Assembly (NCBI GenBank): GCA_964430885.1
Contig: CAYSHM010000005.1
Location: 32,001-96,000, forward strand
Source of the DNA: an uncultured archaeon
Lineage (GTDB): Archaea; Thermoplasmatota; Penumbrarchaeia; JASLWR01
Length of the DNA: 64,000 nt
Direction: 5' to 3'
The position numbers and the translations under genes were made by a program. Every line of letters starts with the position of its first letter. Position 1 is the first letter of the stretch. Of this stretch, positions 60,001 to 64,000 are shown piece after piece. The notes under the pieces were generated by a model. The model had not been told where the DNA came from. It saw nothing but the letters and a program-made list of their open reading frames with translations, and searched no databases.

Positions 60001-60682
60001 CCGGATGTGACGGATACAGGATGGAAAGGTACTGAAGAACATAGACATAGTCATCTGCTTCCTCTATGAGACCTATGGCTTCTGAGGCGTAATTATTATC
60101 GGTAACCAGTTTCCCACCACCACCTTGGACAATGGGTGAATTGAGTTCGCCCGGAGTCGGAACATTGATGGATTCCCAATTGTCAACTCCGTCAGGAATC
60201 CTAGCTATCGAAATATCATCGGCTGTGCTGTCGAATTGAAAAAAATCCACGATTCCGCTCTGATCATCAAGTAGATTCACCCAGTCTCCTGCGTTATTGA
60301 GGCCTACGCCTGTCTGGGAGCCGTAGAATACCATAACCTCGCCGGGACCTATACTCGTTCCACCAGGTATGGAATAAGGAGATGTACCACCAGCGGAAAC
60401 GTCATCCAGCTGCCATCCCGATATGTCAACAGAGGCATCCCCTTTATTGTAAAGCTCGATCCATTCGTCATCACCGTAATCCAAGGCGCCTGAACCGTCC
60501 CAATCATAGTTCGGATCGGCCAGGAATTCGTTGATAACTATCGGCCCAGCACGGGTATTTTTTTTTAAAAAATGGCCTAGCTGAAACTTCACCTCAATGT
60601 CAGAGTCAGAAGGAAACAAAAAGGCTGATAAGAGTGAAAAGGATATTAATAACGACAAAATGAAAATAACTGAACTTTTCAT
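57023..60682 (-). CDS. Membrane-anchored lamin-tail-domain plus tandem phospholipase D (HKD) protein with Fn3/Ig-like stalk
   Basis: LTD IVINEFLADP...EWIELYN...DISGWQLDD. Two HxKxxxxD..GSxN motifs (HSKMVVAD..GSTN; HAKLILCD..GSTN). Four repeats ending TYYW/SYYW. C-terminal TM and Pro-rich tail. Confidence 0.88.
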   Translation of the reverse strand: MKSSVIFILSLLISFSLLSAFLFPSDSDIEVKFQLGHFLKKNTRAGPIVINEFLADPNYDWDGSGALDYGDDEWIELYNKGDASVDISGWQLDDVSAGGTSPYSIPGGTSIGPGEVMVFYGSQTGVGLNNAGDWVNLLDDQSGIVDFFQFDSTADDISIARIPDGVDNWESINVPTPGELNSPIVQGGGGKLVTDNNYASEAIGLIEEADDYVYVLQYLSILYPSHPEYSVSQLYQSLIDAHGRGADVRFLMDNTPPENNDTKDHLIGNGVEVKMDGNDIKLHSKMVVADDKVLLGSTNWDLKSTFENHEANVLVNSTAVGTFFKSYYESIWADQTTCPTLSAVDHNGIKTVVCDEYYDEAAVIIDGASDEIRLIMYHISESQAAQILLSKIENAYNRGVDVKVILEQTTYMDYVSADNLNALDLLRESRIPSVVDSVDKNTHAKLILCDDKVLLGSTNWAYEALYDQLNTNLLVSNSSFADQASDYFSSLWDIYGTATGTLEISGGIGDQGTDFYTGEAVTVIVNDKDANGNSTKIEELQLSIYSDSDNEGITFSLTESGDDTGIFQGQVTLSSSSSKPDSEIKVMGGDEVTVIYDDLYDEDFTEQEISFSFDILLPQGSVEPTFPDKGDIINTTSIELQWDLDYSGSGGVRFDVLLGAETPPSGIVASFISDTTTMVTGLKDGETYYWKVIPYVDGDLAVWSSAVFDFTVELDVLITLTQPSNRSWVYGYNAELAWDFEYIGNQKLTFDIFMGVEQDELEPYLLNNSGSLVNLWDLEDGATYYWCIKARLNWISRGPQSEIFHFSVSYPVSIGLLFPSLNGLVSGQEVGLEWNYTYNGSSTLQFIVIIGDSPGINGTVINGVSSNYTLLEGLQDMMSYYWRVVPVLDGIESPHISEQWIFTVEMTGIITLKEPSNGANIEGEKADLKWELDYPGKRQVTYSVLVGTVNPPRSEYADELIQSNHTFILDQLPENGGNDTTYYWSVQPFLDGEIADWSSPVWNFTLTTDSDPNSPGGGIGDDDLDDDGGNNGYIQENSDDGSSSNAVIIVVLVLVLLIILAVVIFVLVKIKKGSDTDDDGDEVGDFMITPDSSPWEGSGNHYTVGPFSNSRNDTAYQTGSSPFQQNDIYNNGMNSNEMQDRGLYAVNVAISTPRPPPPRIVPAEDNDDDAQYIPQLEPLDPRDGDQYPSGTLMEEGPAELTEENATFPNYVPRPPRFSA

Positions 60683-61034
60683 AGATTCACCTATTCCTGT
60701 CTGCAACTGGCCATATGCAGCCTATAAATTCCAAAAGAAAATCCGAACGCTTTGTCAGTAAGTGTTCTGTAAAATAAATTGCTGTCCTATATTAATCTGT
60801 TTCTCAGAATTGGACATATCTTGCAAATGGGGCCATTCTAAAAAACATTTCATATCTAAATATACTTTGCAGACCGTCATTTCGAGCTTCATACCAAAAC
60901 AAATATATTGATACAAATAAATTATTAAGAAACAAGTCGTTTACAATATAGATTAAACTAAGTGTTTTAATTATTAAAAATTCAGGCAATATAAGAAGCG
61001 GGCAACTTTGAACAAAAATGCAAGAGGTAATAAC

Positions 61035-63602
61035 ATGGTTAAAAATAATTACAAACATTTCTTAATAAAAAGCTCTGCGGCGGCATTGACCCTTCTATTT
61101 CTGCTAAGTGCCCTGTCGGCGGTCAATTCATCCACTTTGAAGGAAACCTTTGATGGCGGTGAGTCAACAGCAGTATACGATTCCGATGACAAACCCACCT
61201 TGACCATGCCTGCTGGTGCGGTCATATTCAACACTTCACTTGACATAAGCGGGAGTATATCCAATCCTGATGAGTTCACGGAACTGATACCCTCTGATCA
61301 GGGAAGCGGAGGGTGGTACGGTGCATCGGCGGAAGATCCTCCTGTATCCAATCCTGCCAACCTCAAAACAAATGGTTTTTCAGCCGGACAGAAGAACGAT
61401 ATGTCCGCACCCAATGGCATCTACGTACGCACAAAAGCGAACATGGAAAACCAGGGCCCATACCATCATTTCTCATTTACAGTCCCCTATCCCGAAGCGG
61501 ATATCGGCAATATGGAACTTAAATGGAGGGGGAAAGGAGAGGAGCCTCTCGTGGATATGCTTGACCGATACAAAGCAACAATATACGTTTGGAACCATCA
61601 GGGTACAAACTGGGTGCAGCTGGATTCCTATGGACTTTCCCCTTCATCGTCTTTAATGTGGCTCAGCGGCAATATATCTTCCCACATATCCAATTACATT
61701 GATAACAATGATGAGGTCCACCTCCTTGTCAGATCTTGGATCTTCGGAACAACTGAAGCCTACATCGATACTGATTATGCAGTCCTGAACATTTCCTACC
61801 GAGGTGGAGGTCAATATCCAGAAGGACTATCGCTGAAACTCAAAGAGGGAGGAGTGAATGTTTGGGACTATCCCGGCGTCCTCCAGGGTATAACAACCCT
61901 AGGTAATTCCAAACTGAAGGCGACCATTCAGGAGATGTCAAATGAGGCATATGAGCTCGGTTCGGAAACATTGACCCTGACCTTTATTATCGGTAATTCC
62001 GGGGGAGGGATAATTCAGCTATCCAATCTATCGGTGGAATACGGACTTGAACCCTGGGTGGATACAGATGCGATAAGCGCATCATTCCAGGAAGACCTAG
62101 ATCCCATGGGACTCATTGATCTGCATGACCATTTCAGGGACGACGAAGCCCTGGAGGATCTGACCTTTGAGATAATATACCAATCACAACCCTCGAAGGT
62201 CTCAGCTGAACTGGGTGCTAACGGCCATACCCTTGACTTCACATCTGAGGCCGATGATTGGAACGGAGAAGTGTCAATGGGAATACGAGCTACGGATACG
62301 GATGGACTTTTCTGCGAGTTCTTCAACATTACCGTAACTGTCATTCCAGTGAACGATGAGCCCTTCACACTAGGCATTCCACATCAGATATGGTACGAAG
62401 ATAAAACCTGCCCGGAGGATTTTCTGGACCTATGGAACTATTTCGGGGACGGCGGATGGAAGGAGGATCTAGTAAGCAATATGACCTTCACCTTGCCTCC
62501 TGATAAGAATCCGCTTTTAGCAGATAAAACCGCTTTGGGATCCATTACTGACAACCGATATTTTCATGTGATACCCTGGTATAACTACAACGGCAATGTT
62601 GCATTCGTGGTCAGAGCTGAGGACCGCGGCGGAGATATTATTGAAGCAAATCTTACTATGGAAATAATGCCCACTAACGACCCGCCCCAGTTCAATTCGA
62701 CCCCCCCTGAGATAATTGATGAAGGAAAAAATTATACTTATACCCCCCAGACCTGGGATCTTGACGGTGATGCTCTCACCCTCACAGTGGAGTCGGGGCC
62801 GGAGGGTTTGATATCAAATGGAACTGGAATAATCTGGATGCCCGAAGACAAGGATGTAGGTATACACAACATTTCTCTTCTACTTAGTGATAGTGAGAAC
62901 TATACTTATCAGAATTTTACGCTAACCGTTCGGAATGCAAATGACGCTCCAGTCCTAGATGAGATTGACCCGATTACACTTGAAGTTGGAGATATTCTTA
63001 ATCTCACAATTACAGCGGACGATCCAGATATGATGATCGACCCATTTGAAATGCTGACATTTACCGACGATTGCAGTCTTTTCGACGTAGGTTATGATAC
63101 AGGGAAAATATGGTTCAAACCCTCATGGATGCATATAGGAATACATAATTTTACACTGAGTGTTTCAGATGGAAAGGGGCTGGCCGATCAAATAGATGTT
63201 ACATTGAGAATTACCCTCCCTAACGGAACATCATTGCCGGAGATCAAAGTTCTGAAACCGGAAAATAGAACTGACCTTGTAGCAGGGGAAATGAACGATT
63301 ATGAAATTGAGATACTTAATCACGAAATAGGAGTGAACTGGAATATAACCTGGTACTATGAAGGAAACATCATCGGATATGGATTAGCCATAGACCATAT
63401 GTTCAAAACTCCTGGAAAGCATACCATAAAGGTGGCTGCAAAGGACGGAGAAGCTGAGCTGGAGGCTGAATTCGATGTTACGGTTGATGAAGAAAGGAAG
63501 AAAAAGAAAGATGATTCTCCAGGTTTTGGAATCATACTACTAACCACAGTGCTCAGTTTGTCCCTGGTCGTGTATTCAAGAAGAAGAATTAGAAGTGACT
63601 AG
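61035..63602 (+). CDS. Cell-surface protein with cadherin-like/PKD repeats and PGF-CTERM sorting signal
   Basis: Signal peptide, repeats ending V.PVNDEP / PTNDPP / NANDAP, and C-terminal DSPGFG plus TM plus RRR. The ORF track starts at 61008. Confidence 0.85.
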   Translation: MVKNNYKHFLIKSSAAALTLLFLLSALSAVNSSTLKETFDGGESTAVYDSDDKPTLTMPAGAVIFNTSLDISGSISNPDEFTELIPSDQGSGGWYGASAEDPPVSNPANLKTNGFSAGQKNDMSAPNGIYVRTKANMENQGPYHHFSFTVPYPEADIGNMELKWRGKGEEPLVDMLDRYKATIYVWNHQGTNWVQLDSYGLSPSSSLMWLSGNISSHISNYIDNNDEVHLLVRSWIFGTTEAYIDTDYAVLNISYRGGGQYPEGLSLKLKEGGVNVWDYPGVLQGITTLGNSKLKATIQEMSNEAYELGSETLTLTFIIGNSGGGIIQLSNLSVEYGLEPWVDTDAISASFQEDLDPMGLIDLHDHFRDDEALEDLTFEIIYQSQPSKVSAELGANGHTLDFTSEADDWNGEVSMGIRATDTDGLFCEFFNITVTVIPVNDEPFTLGIPHQIWYEDKTCPEDFLDLWNYFGDGGWKEDLVSNMTFTLPPDKNPLLADKTALGSITDNRYFHVIPWYNYNGNVAFVVRAEDRGGDIIEANLTMEIMPTNDPPQFNSTPPEIIDEGKNYTYTPQTWDLDGDALTLTVESGPEGLISNGTGIIWMPEDKDVGIHNISLLLSDSENYTYQNFTLTVRNANDAPVLDEIDPITLEVGDILNLTITADDPDMMIDPFEMLTFTDDCSLFDVGYDTGKIWFKPSWMHIGIHNFTLSVSDGKGLADQIDVTLRITLPNGTSLPEIKVLKPENRTDLVAGEMNDYEIEILNHEIGVNWNITWYYEGNIIGYGLAIDHMFKTPGKHTIKVAAKDGEAELEAEFDVTVDEERKKKKDDSPGFGIILLTTVLSLSLVVYSRRRIRSD

Positions 63603-63645
63603 AACTAATACCTGGTAGCATTCAGTAAAAATGAATATATAACCA

Positions 63646-64000
63646 TCATTTATTATTGCCTCGGGTAGCCCTGTAGGAGGAAATATAATCCGCCATTGAA
63701 GTACTGGCTACTGTTTCACCTATGATATCCATGGGAATGTCCTCTAATTTTCGAAACCTTAGACATGATTTCCCCATGTTCAATTTTTTACCAGTCCTCT
63801 CGAAGGATTCCTTCAATTCCTTTTCCTTTTTCGGATCGCCGTAGACATTCATTAGATATACCGAATAATAATTCTTCTGAGCTGCCAAGGCCGCATACAT
63901 CAGGGATTGACCGTTATAGGTATCGGACAATACACTTAGAGAGACCTCGTAACATATCATACCCCAATTCATGTTTTCCTGATATCCCTCTGGAAGATTC
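63646..64000 (-). CDS. DUF1801-like protein (5' end beyond the window)
   Basis: MNWGMICYEV..DTYNGQSLMYAALAAQKNYYSVYLM...KLNMGKSCLRFRKLED. The frame continues to the window edge. Confidence 0.75.
   Translation of the reverse strand, partial: NLPEGYQENMNWGMICYEVSLSVLSDTYNGQSLMYAALAAQKNYYSVYLMNVYGDPKKEKELKESFERTGKKLNMGKSCLRFRKLEDIPMDIIGETVASTSMADYISSYRATRGNNK

Overview
This window is archaeal, most consistent with Thermoplasmatota (inferred from the archaellum operon, ArcS, IorAB, a PGF-CTERM protein, GGTGA/GGAGG ribosome-binding sites and many giant surface proteins). It has three blocks. (1) 2-22 kb holds an accessory cluster of exported proteins: a membrane-anchored Amidase_3 peptidoglycan hydrolase fused to an Asp-box propeller; a three-gene overlapping operon led by a 1965-aa DUF6531/YD-repeat (Rhs-like) protein with a degenerate Rhs core and a cationic amphipathic C-terminal domain, followed by two membrane-anchored Ig/beta-helix proteins with acidic tails; and a convergent gingipain-family (C25) peptidase. 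(2) 24-49.5 kb holds two convergent type IV filament systems (a pilus locus and a complete flaB-CDE-F-G-H-I-J archaellum locus), an exact 1223-bp tandem duplication of flaB bounded by a 12-bp microhomology, and a FlaK/PibD peptidase. (3) The rest holds housekeeping and metabolic genes (ridA, ogg1-like, arcS, paaK, iorAB, a GT-C enzyme) and more surface proteins, including an LTD-PLD-PLD anchored hydrolase. The best candidate for an undescribed system is a T6SS-independent, surface-displayed archaeal antibacterial module (amidase + Rhs-like protein with a putative membrane-lytic tail + partner proteins). No tRNA, rRNA, CRISPR array or IS element was seen. All family calls come from motif recognition by eye, not database searches.
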